Of a stretch of DNA of 64,000 nt, positions 1 to 10,011 are shown piece by piece. How positions within the stretch are numbered: position 1 is the first letter of the stretch; each line of letters starts with the position of its first letter. The notes below the pieces were generated by a model. That model searched no databases. It was not told the origin of the DNA and saw only the letters and a list, made by a program, of their open reading frames with translations. The stretch is taken from the NCBI RefSeq assembly GCF_018780385.1, contig NZ_JADMJO010000025.1, positions 9,994 through 73,993 of the forward strand, written 5' to 3'. The DNA comes from Hydrogenophaga sp. Lineage in GTDB: Bacteria; Pseudomonadota; Gammaproteobacteria; Burkholderiales; Burkholderiaceae_C. The position numbers were made by a program, and so were the translations under genes.

Positions 1-2
1 AG

Positions 3-524
3 GGCGAGCGCCGTGGGCTGGTGATGGTGCACACCGGCAAGGGCAAGGGCAAGAGCACGGCCGCGTTCGGGCTGGCGCTGCGCGCCCACGGCCGGGGCAA
101 AAAAGTCAAGGTTTACCAGTTCATGAAGGTGCCAACGGCCCGTTTCGGAGAGCACCGCCTGTTTGAGTCCCTGGGCATCCCCATCGAGGGGCTGGGCGAT
201 GGCTTCAGCTGGAAAAGCCGCGACCTCGATCATTCTGCAGAACTGGCGCAGGCCGGCTGGGCCAAGGCCGAGGCAACCGTGCGGACCGGAGAGCACTTCA
301 TGGTGGTGCTCGACGAAATCATGTATCCGCTGCGATATGGGTGGATCGCACTGGAGACGGTACTGACCTGTCTGCGCGAACGGCCCCCGTCGGTGACGGT
401 GGTGCTGACTGGGCGCAACGCACCGGCCGAGCTGATCGAGCTGGCCGACATGGTGACGGAGATGACACTCATCAAACACCATTTCAATGCCGGTGTGCCT
501 GCGCAACGCGGCATCGAGGACTGA
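3..524 (+). CDS. cobO: cob(I)alamin adenosyltransferase, 5'-partial (frame open to window edge)
   Basis: P-loop HTGKGKGKSTAAFG, VVLDE, LTGRNAP and QRGIE C-terminus typical of CobO/BtuR. Confidence 0.9.
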   Translation, partial: GERRGLVMVHTGKGKGKSTAAFGLALRAHGRGKKVKVYQFMKVPTARFGEHRLFESLGIPIEGLGDGFSWKSRDLDHSAELAQAGWAKAEATVRTGEHFMVVLDEIMYPLRYGWIALETVLTCLRERPPSVTVVLTGRNAPAELIELADMVTEMTLIKHHFNAGVPAQRGIED

Positions 525-592
525 TGGCGTCGTCATTTCCGCACACCCGCTCTTTGCTTTGATCTTTCACCCATTTCATCAACAGGCCCCTC

Positions 593-1639
593 ATGAATCT
601 CCAGAAAATCCCCGCCACCATCGTCACCGGTTTTCTGGGCAGTGGCAAAACCACACTATTGCGCAAGCTGCTCACCAACGCGCAGGGTCTCCGCATCGCG
701 GTCATCGTCAATGAGTTCGGCGAGCTTGGCATCGACGGCGAGTTGCTGCGAGGCTGCGGCATCGGCTGCGATGAGAACGGCGAAGAAAACGGCCAGTTGT
801 TCGAGCTGGCCAACGGCTGCCTGTGCTGCACGGTGCAAGAAGAATTCGCACCCGTGATGGAGCTGCTCGCGGCCCGTCGCGACCAAATCGACTACCTCGT
901 GATCGAGACCTCGGGCCTGGCACTGCCCAAGCCGCTGGTGCAGGCGTTCCAGTGGCCTGCGCTGCGCAACGCCTTCACCGTGGACGCAGTCATCACCGTG
1001 GTGGACGCGCCCGCTGTGGCCGCCGGTGATTTCGCGGACGACCCGGTGGCTGTGGATGCGCAGCGCCGTGCCGATGAGAATCTCGACCACGACTCGCCGC
1101 TGCACGAGCTGTTTGAAGACCAGCTGGCCACGGCCGATCTGGTCATCGTGCACAAGGTCGACGGGATGGACGCGGTGGCGCTCGAGGCCGTCGAAGCCAC
1201 CGTCCGCGCCGAAGCACCGGCCGGTGTGAAGCTGGTGCGCGCTTCGCATGGCGATGTGCCGCTGGACGTACTGCTGGGCCTGCAGCGTGCGGTGGAAGAT
1301 GTCATTGACGAGCGCAAGACCCACCACGACGACGAAGACCATGACCACGACGCCTTCGACTCCGTGTCGGTAGCGCTGAACGTGACCGACCGTGCCAGGC
1401 TGCTCGCGGCGCTGATGGCGTTGGTGCAGCGCCATGAAATCTACCGCGTCAAGGGCTTCGTGGCGCTGCCCGGTGCGGCCATGCGCCTGGTGGTGCAGGG
1501 GGTGGGCCAGCGCTTTGACAGCTATTTCGACCGCGCCTGGCGCGCCGACGAGCCGCGTGCCACCCGCCTGGTCCTGATCGGCGACCACCTGGACGCCGCC
1601 GGCCTGCTTTCTGAGCTCCAGGCCGAATTGACCCGGTAG
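593..1639 (+). CDS. cobW: cobalamin biosynthesis GTPase/metallochaperone CobW
   Basis: GFLGSGKTT, NEFG, GCLCC, ETSG motifs, His/Asp-rich HHDDEDHDHD segment, upstream of cobN. Confidence 0.92.
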   Translation: MNLQKIPATIVTGFLGSGKTTLLRKLLTNAQGLRIAVIVNEFGELGIDGELLRGCGIGCDENGEENGQLFELANGCLCCTVQEEFAPVMELLAARRDQIDYLVIETSGLALPKPLVQAFQWPALRNAFTVDAVITVVDAPAVAAGDFADDPVAVDAQRRADENLDHDSPLHELFEDQLATADLVIVHKVDGMDAVALEAVEATVRAEAPAGVKLVRASHGDVPLDVLLGLQRAVEDVIDERKTHHDDEDHDHDAFDSVSVALNVTDRARLLAALMALVQRHEIYRVKGFVALPGAAMRLVVQGVGQRFDSYFDRAWRADEPRATRLVLIGDHLDAAGLLSELQAELTR

Positions 1640-1689
1640 CACTTATCCCGTGCGTTTTTCCCTCCACTCCACCCTTGAAAGGACTTTTT

Positions 1690-1881
1690 ATGCCCGACTT
1701 GACCTCCGAGACCCACAGACCCTCCTATACCCACGAACCGGCCCGGACTGTGTTGCGCCCCTTGCTGGCAGCGGCGGCACTCGGCTTGGTGGTTCTGTAT
1801 GGCGTGGGTTTCGCTGAGAGCCCGCTGGCCCACAACGCCGCGCACGATGTCCGACACATCACTGTTAAGCCCTGCCACTGA
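1690..1881 (+). CDS. cbtB: cobalt transporter small subunit CbtB
   Basis: one TM helix followed by HNAAHDVRH...PCH; ATG at 1690. Confidence 0.8.
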   Translation: MPDLTSETHRPSYTHEPARTVLRPLLAAAALGLVVLYGVGFAESPLAHNAAHDVRHITVKPCH

Positions 1882-1905
1882 ATTGTTGGCACCAAGGAGA
1901 GCAAC

Positions 1906-2730
1906 ATGCTTTTTCAAAAGCTGATCTGGGCAGCGCTCACTACCGCTGTGGTGGTGGGCAGTCTCCAAACCGGTGTGCAGCGCTGGCAGGCCGCTCCGCT
2001 GATCTTGGCGGCCGAGGTGTACGAGGACCAAAAGGCAGAGGTATCCCCACCAGGCGCAGCGCTTACCGCTCACGCGCATGGCGAGGGCCAAGCCGGCCCG
2101 GCGCACGACCATGGTGCTGCCGAGGAATGGGCGCCCGAGAACGGCGTCGAGCGCACTGGCTGGACGTGGGTCGCCAACATCCTGCATGCCTTTAGCATGG
2201 CATTGCTGGTGTTTGCAGCGATGGGCTTCTGGTTTTCTCGGCAGGACACGTCCTGCCTGACGGCGAGCGCTTCGTTGCGTGTCGCTGGTCTGGTGGCGGC
2301 GGCCGGCTGGGTGAGCTTTCACCTGTGGCCCACCCTGGGGCTGCACGCCGAGGTTCCCGGCATGCAGGCGGGCCCGCTGCAGGCCCGACAGATATGGTGG
2401 ACGCTGGCGGTGGGGTGCGCAGCGGGTGCCTGCGCCATCGCTGCATTTGTGCGCAGTCCCTGGCGCTGGCTGGCGGTGGCGGCTTTGCTCGTGCTGCCGT
2501 ACGTGGTGGGAGCGCCCAAGCCGCGAGGCGATGCACTCGCGGGCTTTGGCCCTGAAGCTCATGCCTCACTGGAGCAGTTGGGTCACCAGTTCATCCTGGC
2601 AACCACTTGGGTTGCGCTGTCGTTCTGGCTTTGCATGGGGCTGGTGGGAGGCCTGGCGTTCCAGCGCTGGGTGGCGCCCGGCGTTCGCGCCGCGTTGTCC
2701 GGCACGAACACGCCGCCCCGGGCGCCATGA
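1906..2730 (+). CDS. cbtA: cobalt transporter subunit CbtA
   Basis: PLILAAEVYE, His-rich loop, WAPENGVER, PTLGLHAEVPG, multiple TM helices; RBS aaggag. Confidence 0.85.
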   Translation: MLFQKLIWAALTTAVVVGSLQTGVQRWQAAPLILAAEVYEDQKAEVSPPGAALTAHAHGEGQAGPAHDHGAAEEWAPENGVERTGWTWVANILHAFSMALLVFAAMGFWFSRQDTSCLTASASLRVAGLVAAAGWVSFHLWPTLGLHAEVPGMQAGPLQARQIWWTLAVGCAAGACAIAAFVRSPWRWLAVAALLVLPYVVGAPKPRGDALAGFGPEAHASLEQLGHQFILATTWVALSFWLCMGLVGGLAFQRWVAPGVRAALSGTNTPPRAP

Positions 2731-2766
2731 ACCCGGTGGATTGACGCCGCGCCCCCAAGGTCCAAC

Positions 2767-5700
2767 ATGCATCTTTTGTCTACCCGACCCGGCGGCCACG
2801 TGGAAGACGCTGGCCTGGGCGTGGTGCGCGTCGCGCAAACGCCCGCCGACATCGTGGTTCTTACGGTGGCCGACACCACGTTGTCCCTGCTGGCAGAAGC
2901 GGTGGCGGCGCTGCCGCCAGATTTCCCGACCGTGCGCCTGGCCAATCTGATGTGGCTGCGGCAGCCCGCATCGACCGACATGTACGTTGACGACGTGCTA
3001 CGCCACGCCCGTGTCGTGGTGATCGACCACCTGGGCGCACCAGCGGACTGGGCTTATGTGGTGGAACAGGCGACGACGCTGGCTCGCCAGCACGACCAGT
3101 GGCTGGCCATGTTTTCGGGCGAGCAGTTGGAGGACCCACAGTTGCTGTTGCGCAGCACAGCAGCAGTGGAGGACAGCCGTTTTCTGTGGCAATGCCTGCG
3201 CGAGGGCGGTCGCGACAATGCCCGCGCCTTTTTTGACTTGATCGCGTACCGCGCGCTGGGGCGGGGGTCTTTGCCCGCGCTGCCACAGCCCTTGCCGCCC
3301 GTCGCACGCTACCTTCCTGCCCTGCCACCGGCCTGGCTGGATGGTGCACCGGTGGCCCTCGTGCTGTTTTACCGGGCCCATGCGCAGACGGGCAATACAG
3401 CGGTGTTCGACGCCCTGATGATGGCCTTGCACCGCGAGGGCGTCAACCCGCTGGCCCTGGCGCTGGACTCGCTGAAGTCGCCCTCGTCACTGGCGGCCGT
3501 GCATGCCCTGGCTGCCGAGCACTCGGTCGATGTCGTGCTCAATGCCACCAGCTTTGCAGTCGGTGCCATGGGCGACGATGGCGCCGACGGCGTGGACGCT
3601 CCACTGCTCGCCGGCGACGCGCCGGTGCTGCAACTCATCACCGCCGGCTGCGCGCGTGAGCAGTGGCAGGCCGATCCGCACGGCCTGCAGCCGCGCGACC
3701 TGGCCATGCAGGTGGTGCTGCCCGAAGTGGACGGCCGCATCGGCACCCGGGCCATCAGCTTCAAGGGCGTGGCCTGGCGCTGCGAGCGCTCGCAGGTGGA
3801 TGTAGTGCGCTACCAGCCAGAGGCCGACCGGATTGCATTCGTCGCCGAGCTTGCCCGGCGCTGGTGCGTCCTGCGCCGCAAGCCGGCGGCCGATCAGCGC
3901 CTGGCCCTGGTGCTGGCCAATTACCCCAGCGACGACGCCCGCCTGGCGAATGCCGTGGGCTTGGACACCCCGGCCTCGGTGGTGGGCATCCTAGGCGCGC
4001 TGCAGGCCCAAGGCTATGCAACGGGCGAGCTGCCCGCACACGGCGACGCCCTAATGGCGCGACTGATCGAGGGCGTAACCCACAAAGTGGACGCCAACGA
4101 CCATCGCCCCGTCGGGCAAAGCCTCTCCATGGCCGACTACCTGGCTGACTTTGAAGCCCTGCCCCCTGACCAGCAGGCCGAGGTCAACGCGCTGTGGGGA
4201 CCACCCGAGAAAGATCCGTTGTTGCGCAGCGGCCGCTTCATGGTGCCGGGCCTGCGCGTCGGCCAGGTCTTCGTCGGCCTGCAGCCGGCCCGCGGGCGCG
4301 ACCTGGACCTGGTCGCAAGCTACCACGATGCCGACCTTGTGCCCCCGCACAACTACCTTGCGTTTTACTTCTGGTTGCGCCGCGTCTGGGGCGCCGATGC
4401 GCTGGTACATGTGGGTACGCACGGCAACCTGGAGTGGCTGCCGGGCAAGAGCGTGGCGCTGGGTGCGGGCTGCTGGCCAGATGCGATCTTCGGGCCGCTG
4501 CCCCACCTGTACCCTTTTATCGTCAACGATCCGGGCGAAGGCAGCCAGGCCAAGCGGCGTACGCAGGCGGTGATCATCGACCACCTGATGCCGCCGCTGA
4601 CGCGGGCCGAAACCTACGGGGCGCTGCAGGTATTGGAGCGGCAGATGGACGAGTACTACGAGGCTCTGTCGCTCGACCCACGCCGCGCCACTCGGTTGCG
4701 CCAGACCATTCTGGAGGAAGTGCTGCGCCACGGCTTGCACGCCGACCTGGGTTTTGAGGCGCCCGCCGACGAAGCCGCACGCCAGCGCCTGCTGGAACGG
4801 CTGGACGCCTACCTGTGCGAGATCAAGGAATCACAGATCCGGGACGGTCTGCACGTGTTCGGTCTGTCGCCTCAAGGGCGTTTGCGGACCGATACCCTAC
4901 TTGCTCTGGTGCGGTTTCCACGCGGCAAAGGCCAGAGACAAGCCAGCTTGTTGCAAGCCTTGTCAGCCGACCTGCGGCTGGACGGATTCGACCCGCTCGA
5001 CCCCAACTGGAACCATAACTGGACCCAGTCGCGCCCACCGGTACTGGCAGCCTTAGGAAACGAAGCCTGGCGCCATGCGGGCCACACCCGTGATCGGCTG
5101 GAGCGATTGGCCAGCCGTCTGGTGGACGGCAGCGAACCTCTGGACCGCGCCAAGTGGCCGCTCACCGCGCAGGTGATGGACGAGCTGCAGGAGCGGCTCG
5201 GCCCCCGGCTGGACGCCTGCGGCGAGCAGGAAATGACCCAGCTGCTGCGCGGCTTGCGAGGCCGTTTTATCCCCCCCGGACCGAGCGGCGCGCCATCGCG
5301 CGGACGGCCGGACGTATTACCCACCGGCCGCAATTTCTACGCAATCGATACGCGCGCGGTGCCTACACCCACCGCCTACGCCATGGGCGTAATGGCGGCC
5401 GAGCGGCTGATCGAGCGCCATCTGCAGGACCACGGCGGGTTTCCAGCGTCGATCGGGCTTTCGGTCTGGGGCACCAGCACCATGCGCACTGGCGGCGAAG
5501 ACATCGCCCAGGCCATGGCACTGCTGGGCGTGCGGCCCAAGTGGGCGCCGGGCAGCCAGCGCGTAGTGGACATCGAGGTGCTCCCGATGGCGATACGTGA
5601 CCGTCCTCGGGTGGACGTGACCTTGCGCATCTCGGGTTTCTTTCGCGACGCTTTTCCGAATCTGATCGACCTGTTCGACACGGCGGTTAAGGCGGTGGCG

Positions 5701-6555
5701 GCCATCTCGCTAGAAGACGAGCCCGACGACGTGAATCCAGTGCGTGCTCGCGTGCAGCGCGAGGCGGCCGATACGTGTTCCCAAGGGATGTCCGAAGAGG
5801 TTTCGCAGAGGCAGGCCAGCTGGCGTGTTTTCGGCCCGCGGCCGGGCGGCTACGGCGCCGGCGTGCAAGACGTCATCGACAGTGGGCGCTGGGAAGCGCC
5901 GGGTGACATCGCCCAGGCCTACCTGCGTGCGGGCGCCTTTGCTTACGGCCAGGACGAACACGGTGCGGCGGCGCGCGCCAGCTTCGAGCGGCGTGTGGGC
6001 GGCTTCGATGTGGTGCTGCAGAACCAGGACAACCAGGAACAGGACATCCTGGATTCAAGTGACTTTTACCAGTTCCAGGGCGGCATGGCTGCCGCGGTAC
6101 AACACCTGAGCGGCAAGGCGGCGTCCATGTACCACGGCGACTTCAGCACACCTGGATCGCCGCGCATCCGCAGCCTGAGTGACGAACTGGCGCGGGTGGT
6201 GCGGGCCCGCGTGGTCAACCCCAAGTGGATCGCGGGTGTGCAACGCCACGGCTACAAGGGTGCCTCCGAGATGGCTGCCACCGTCGACTCCCTTTTCGGC
6301 TTTGACGCAACCACTGGCCTGGTGGGGGACCACCAGTACGCGCTTGTGGCCGATGCCTACGTGTACGACCCTGTCAACCGCGCCTTTCTTGAACAACACA
6401 ACCCCCAGGCCTTACGCAGCATGGGCGAACGCCTGCTTGAATCCATGCAGCGTGGTATGTGGCAGGAACCCGGCGAGCATCGGGAGCGCATCGAACAGAC
6501 CTTGTTGGCACTGGAACACCGGCTCGAAACTCAGGGCGAAGGACCCACGAAATGA
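2767..6555 (+). CDS. cobN: cobaltochelatase large subunit CobN
   Basis: 1262 aa; MHLLSTRPGG start, HVGTHGNLEWLPGK, PTGRNFY, RISGFFRDAFP, NPKWI motifs. Confidence 0.95.
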   Translation: MHLLSTRPGGHVEDAGLGVVRVAQTPADIVVLTVADTTLSLLAEAVAALPPDFPTVRLANLMWLRQPASTDMYVDDVLRHARVVVIDHLGAPADWAYVVEQATTLARQHDQWLAMFSGEQLEDPQLLLRSTAAVEDSRFLWQCLREGGRDNARAFFDLIAYRALGRGSLPALPQPLPPVARYLPALPPAWLDGAPVALVLFYRAHAQTGNTAVFDALMMALHREGVNPLALALDSLKSPSSLAAVHALAAEHSVDVVLNATSFAVGAMGDDGADGVDAPLLAGDAPVLQLITAGCAREQWQADPHGLQPRDLAMQVVLPEVDGRIGTRAISFKGVAWRCERSQVDVVRYQPEADRIAFVAELARRWCVLRRKPAADQRLALVLANYPSDDARLANAVGLDTPASVVGILGALQAQGYATGELPAHGDALMARLIEGVTHKVDANDHRPVGQSLSMADYLADFEALPPDQQAEVNALWGPPEKDPLLRSGRFMVPGLRVGQVFVGLQPARGRDLDLVASYHDADLVPPHNYLAFYFWLRRVWGADALVHVGTHGNLEWLPGKSVALGAGCWPDAIFGPLPHLYPFIVNDPGEGSQAKRRTQAVIIDHLMPPLTRAETYGALQVLERQMDEYYEALSLDPRRATRLRQTILEEVLRHGLHADLGFEAPADEAARQRLLERLDAYLCEIKESQIRDGLHVFGLSPQGRLRTDTLLALVRFPRGKGQRQASLLQALSADLRLDGFDPLDPNWNHNWTQSRPPVLAALGNEAWRHAGHTRDRLERLASRLVDGSEPLDRAKWPLTAQVMDELQERLGPRLDACGEQEMTQLLRGLRGRFIPPGPSGAPSRGRPDVLPTGRNFYAIDTRAVPTPTAYAMGVMAAERLIERHLQDHGGFPASIGLSVWGTSTMRTGGEDIAQAMALLGVRPKWAPGSQRVVDIEVLPMAIRDRPRVDVTLRISGFFRDAFPNLIDLFDTAVKAVAAISLEDEPDDVNPVRARVQREAADTCSQGMSEEVSQRQASWRVFGPRPGGYGAGVQDVIDSGRWEAPGDIAQAYLRAGAFAYGQDEHGAAARASFERRVGGFDVVLQNQDNQEQDILDSSDFYQFQGGMAAAVQHLSGKAASMYHGDFSTPGSPRIRSLSDELARVVRARVVNPKWIAGVQRHGYKGASEMAATVDSLFGFDATTGLVGDHQYALVADAYVYDPVNRAFLEQHNPQALRSMGERLLESMQRGMWQEPGEHRERIEQTLLALEHRLETQGEGPTK

Positions 6556-7634
6556 AGACATTCAACGCACACAACACGTCCCACGAACTGCAGGACGCCA
6601 ACGATGTGATGTACCCATTTTCTGCGCTGATCGGCCACGCCGGGCTGCGGCAGGCGCTCCTGCTGGCGGCGGTAGACCCCGGCATCGGCGGCGTGCTGAT
6701 CAGCGGGCCACGCGGCACGGCCAAATCGACTGCGGCGCGCGCACTGGCGGCTTTGTTGCCGGGTGCTCCCTTCGTGAGCCTGCCGCTCGCGGCCACCGTT
6801 GAGCAACTGGTGGGCACACTCAACCTCGAACACGTACTGCGCGACGGCCTCGTGCGCCTGGCGCCTGGCATGCTCGCTCGTGCGCACGGCGGCGTCCTTT
6901 ATGTGGACGAGGTCAACCTTTTACCCGACGCGCTGGTGGACGCCCTGCTTGACGCGGCGGCAAGCGGCATCAACACGATCGAGCGTGACGGCGTTTCGCG
7001 CCAGCATGCGGCCCGCTTCGTGCTGATCGGCACCATGAACCCCGAAGAGGGCGAGTTGCGCCCCCAGTTGCTGGACCGCTTTGGCCTGTCGGTGGTGCTG
7101 GAAAATCCCACCGATCATGCGCTGCGCCAGTCGATCGTCCGTGCCCGCTTGGACTTTGACCTCGATCCGCAGGCATTGATGCAGCGCACAGCCAGCGCGC
7201 AGGCCGAGCTGGTGTCCCGGATGGCAGCCGCGCGAGAAGCGCTACCTGCGGTGGACTGGAGCGATGCCGTGCTGACGCACGCCACCGCGCTGGCCGTGCA
7301 GGCCGCCGTGGACGGTGTGCGCGGTGACCTAGTGCTGCTGAAGGCGGCCCGGGCCCATGCCGTGCTGGCGGGTCGGTTCGAGGTGACGCCGGCGGATGTC
7401 GACACCGTGGCCGAATGGGCCTTGTGCCACCGCCGGATGGCGCCGGCTCCCCAGGCCCAGCAGGCTGCGGCGCCCCCCCGCACGACCAGCGGCCCCTCAG
7501 GGGCGGGCAGTGCCGGATCGCAGGCAGATCATTCATTGACGAGTGCCGCCGGGGACTGGGGCGCACTGCCGGCGCAGGCTGAAGGCTGGGAAGCGGTTCG
7601 AACCACTGGAGGGCCTGTCGCAAAAAAAGCCTGA
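6552..7634 (+). CDS. chlD: ChlI/ChlD-type AAA+ chelatase subunit (frame-0 product)
   Basis: ATGA overlap with cobN stop; GPRGTAKST, YVDEVNLL, GTMNPEEGELRPQLLDRF; Pro/Ala-rich linker at the end. Confidence 0.88.
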   Translation: MKTFNAHNTSHELQDANDVMYPFSALIGHAGLRQALLLAAVDPGIGGVLISGPRGTAKSTAARALAALLPGAPFVSLPLAATVEQLVGTLNLEHVLRDGLVRLAPGMLARAHGGVLYVDEVNLLPDALVDALLDAAASGINTIERDGVSRQHAARFVLIGTMNPEEGELRPQLLDRFGLSVVLENPTDHALRQSIVRARLDFDLDPQALMQRTASAQAELVSRMAAAREALPAVDWSDAVLTHATALAVQAAVDGVRGDLVLLKAARAHAVLAGRFEVTPADVDTVAEWALCHRRMAPAPQAQQAAAPPRTTSGPSGAGSAGSQADHSLTSAAGDWGALPAQAEGWEAVRTTGGPVAKKA

Positions 7635-7682
7635 GCCACCCCGCAGGCCGCGCCTCCACGGTGCCCGGACTGCGGCGGTGGT
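7608..7682 (+). other. putative -1 programmed ribosomal frameshift signal
   Basis: GGAGG at 7608-7612, slippery A_AAA_AAA at 7622-7628, 12-bp stem 7635-7646/7670-7682; VWA ORF is open in the -1 frame from the slippery site. Confidence 0.7.
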
Positions 7683-8323
7683 TCTCCATTGACCCATACG
7701 CAAGGCCGCAACTGGCGCAGAACGCGATGCAGGCATCGGCCCACACGCCAGGGCGAATCGATTGGTGTCGCACCCTGCTGCGCAAAGGGCCCGCCGCCTT
7801 GCAGCGGTCCCATCTGCAGCGCGAACACCGCCCCGCTGACATGTCGACGCTTCACCTGATCGCGCTGGACAATTCCGGCTCCATGCGGCAAGGCGGTCGT
7901 CTGGCGCGAGCCAAGGGTTTCGCGGCGCGCCTTATCGAGGACGCGGCCCGTACCGGCAACCAGGTCGGACTGCTGCTGTTCGGGGGACAGGGGGTGCAAT
8001 GCGTACTGTCGCCCACCCAGGCGCGGCGCTCGGCGTTGGGGCGGCTTCGGCCGCTGGGCGGGGGTGGCGGTACGCCCCTGGCGGCAGCGCTGGGTCAGGC
8101 GCAGACCGAACTTCTGGCGCATCGGCGGCGCCACGGCAATGGGCGCCGCCTGCTGTGGCTACTCACCGACGGGCGCAGCCTGGAGCAACCAGCAGCACCT
8201 ACGGCGGCTGACCACATCGTCATCGTCGATTTCGACAACTCTCCTCGCCCACTCGGACGCTGCAGGGCCTGGGCACAGGCCTGGGGCGCCGAGTTGCGCC
8301 AACCCACCACTGACACACAATGA
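7661..8323 (+). CDS. VWA domain of ChlD-type subunit (probably translated as a -1 frameshift extension of 6552-7628)
   Basis: MIDAS DNSGSM, GGGTPL, LTDGR; no convincing independent start or RBS. Confidence 0.8.
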   Translation: MPGLRRWFSIDPYARPQLAQNAMQASAHTPGRIDWCRTLLRKGPAALQRSHLQREHRPADMSTLHLIALDNSGSMRQGGRLARAKGFAARLIEDAARTGNQVGLLLFGGQGVQCVLSPTQARRSALGRLRPLGGGGGTPLAAALGQAQTELLAHRRRHGNGRRLLWLLTDGRSLEQPAAPTAADHIVIVDFDNSPRPLGRCRAWAQAWGAELRQPTTDTQ

Positions 8324-8748
8324 CTCCAAAAACCGACCTCAGCACGACTGAGCTCATCATTTGCACCACCTGCCGCCCTGCGGAGAACACGCGAGATCAG
8401 CGCGCTGCAGGTGACATTCTGTTGGAAGCCGTGCAAACCGCACAGGCCTTCGGCGATCAGCCCGAGTGGGCCGCTATTCATGTGCGAGGGGTGGCGTGCA
8501 CGGCCGGCTGCTCGCGCGCCTGCACGGTGGCTTTTCAGGCTCCTGGCAAGCACAGCTTCCAATTTGGCGACCTGACCCCCTCAGAGGACGCTGCCCGGCA
8601 ACTGCTGGATTGCGCCGTGATGCATTTTCGGGCGCCCGATGGCAACTTGCCCCGCGATGCCCGCCCTGCCCTTTTGCGCAGCGGCATCCTGTGCCGCCTG
8701 CCACCGACCCGTTCATCCGCTGAAAGCAATCATGACGCGGGCCGTTGA
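8320..8748 (+). CDS. DUF1636-family Cys-rich metal-binding protein
   Basis: ICTTCR, VACTAGCSRACTVAFQAPGKHSFQFGDL; ATGA overlap with previous stop. Confidence 0.75.
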   Translation: MTPKTDLSTTELIICTTCRPAENTRDQRAAGDILLEAVQTAQAFGDQPEWAAIHVRGVACTAGCSRACTVAFQAPGKHSFQFGDLTPSEDAARQLLDCAVMHFRAPDGNLPRDARPALLRSGILCRLPPTRSSAESNHDAGR

Positions 8749-9487
8749 AAGTCCGGCCGTGCAAGCCGCCGCGGCAGACACCGACCTGACCGGGGCGACG
8801 GCCCCGGAGCACGTTTTTTCGCCGGCTCAGCAGGAGGCCGTCTACCGCGCCATTTTCGAGCGGCGCGACATGCGCCACTTTGCCGGCGGTGCGGTTGCGC
8901 CGGCTGTGATGCGCCGCCTGCTCATGGCCGCGCACCATGCGCCCAGCGTGGGCTTCATGCAGCCGTGGCGCTTCCTGCGGGTAGCCACGCGCGCGTTGCG
9001 GGCCGAGTTGCAGGCGCTGGTGGAGCAGGAGCGGCAGCAAACCGCCACGGCGCTGGGAGAGCGCATGGATGCGTTTTTGCGCCTCAAGGTCGAAGGCCTG
9101 ATGGACGCGGCCGAGGTCTGGGTGGTGGCGCTGTCCGAGGGCCGTGAACAGCATGTGTTCGGCCGGCGAACCTTGCCGCACATGGACCTCGCCTCGACCG
9201 CCTGCGCGATACAGAACCTGTGGCTGGCCGCGCGCGCCGAGGGCCTGGGCATGGGCTGGGTTTCGATGTTCGACCCGGTGGCGGTGGCTTCATTGCTGGG
9301 TATGCCCGAAGGCGCAGAGCCCGTCGCGCTGCTGTGCATTGGCCCGGTCCGCCATTTTTATGATGACCCCATGCTCCAGCAACAGCGCTGGGCACAGCGA
9401 ACGGCACTGGACGATGTGCTGTTTGAAGACGCTTGGGGCCAGCCCCTGAGCGCGGGCGGGACGGCGGGCTCGGGACGTGGCGATTGA
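8732..9487 (+). CDS. bluB: 5,6-dimethylbenzimidazole synthase BluB
   Basis: RRDMRHF, AHHAPSVGFMQPWRF, CAIQNLWLAARAEGLGMGWVS. Confidence 0.9.
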   Translation: MTRAVESPAVQAAAADTDLTGATAPEHVFSPAQQEAVYRAIFERRDMRHFAGGAVAPAVMRRLLMAAHHAPSVGFMQPWRFLRVATRALRAELQALVEQERQQTATALGERMDAFLRLKVEGLMDAAEVWVVALSEGREQHVFGRRTLPHMDLASTACAIQNLWLAARAEGLGMGWVSMFDPVAVASLLGMPEGAEPVALLCIGPVRHFYDDPMLQQQRWAQRTALDDVLFEDAWGQPLSAGGTAGSGRGD

Positions 9488-9944
9488 TCCAGATCGCCTC
9501 AAGGAAATGATACGGAAAATGAACGTGCAGATCTCTCATGCCGACGCCTGACCTCGTCATGAGCCTCGTCGGTTGGTTCACCCCCCGACGCAGCCGTACT
9601 GACCGGCGCGGTACTGGTCGGGCTGGGGCTGGATGACTGCAGCCCCCTTAATAGCCGTTGTTGTTGCCGTAACGCTGACGGGTGAGTCGATGACGGCTTC
9701 GTGCCAGCCAGCGTCTACCCAGCTCGTGACCACGACCGACGGCTGTCGCTGCACAGCCGAAGTACAGGTCCGTGCGGCGAAGGACTGCAACAGTCAGGAG
9801 TACTGCCGTGACTGGCTTGAAGCGCTGACCACGACAACCACGGGTGGTCCGATTCAGGCGACAAGCCTGGAGCTCTGAACCACAATCTCAACCGTTGACG
9901 GCCACGCCATACATCGGCACCCCTGCGGTGCCAACTTCAACCAA

Positions 9945-10002
9945 CCCGCCGGGTGCACTCATTGCCCGGTCGGGCTTTCGAGGCTCCCGGCTTTTCTTTT
10001 TT
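9945..10002 (+). terminator. intrinsic terminator with alternative upstream stem (attenuator-like)
   Basis: UUCG-capped stem 9971-9989 plus TTTTCTTTTTT; 9971-9974 can instead pair with 9945-9948. Confidence 0.5.
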
Positions 10003-10011
10003 GGAAAAACC

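Noticed and set aside
1640-1690. Cobalamin riboswitch upstream of cbtBA or btuB
   Set aside because: Gap is too short, no B12-box seen here or at 15.5-15.8 kb, and the btuB 5' end is missing.
656-8134. Long antisense and alternate-frame ORFs over the cob genes (e.g. 656-1642 -, 1522-2562 -, 6970-7842 -)
   Set aside because: Shadow ORFs expected in high-GC coding DNA; Arg/Pro/Ala-rich with no motifs.
9500-9900. Short overlapping ORFs 9578-9790 (-) and 9633-9878 (+, Cys-rich)
   Set aside because: No RBS or recognisable motif; cannot tell which, if either, is real.
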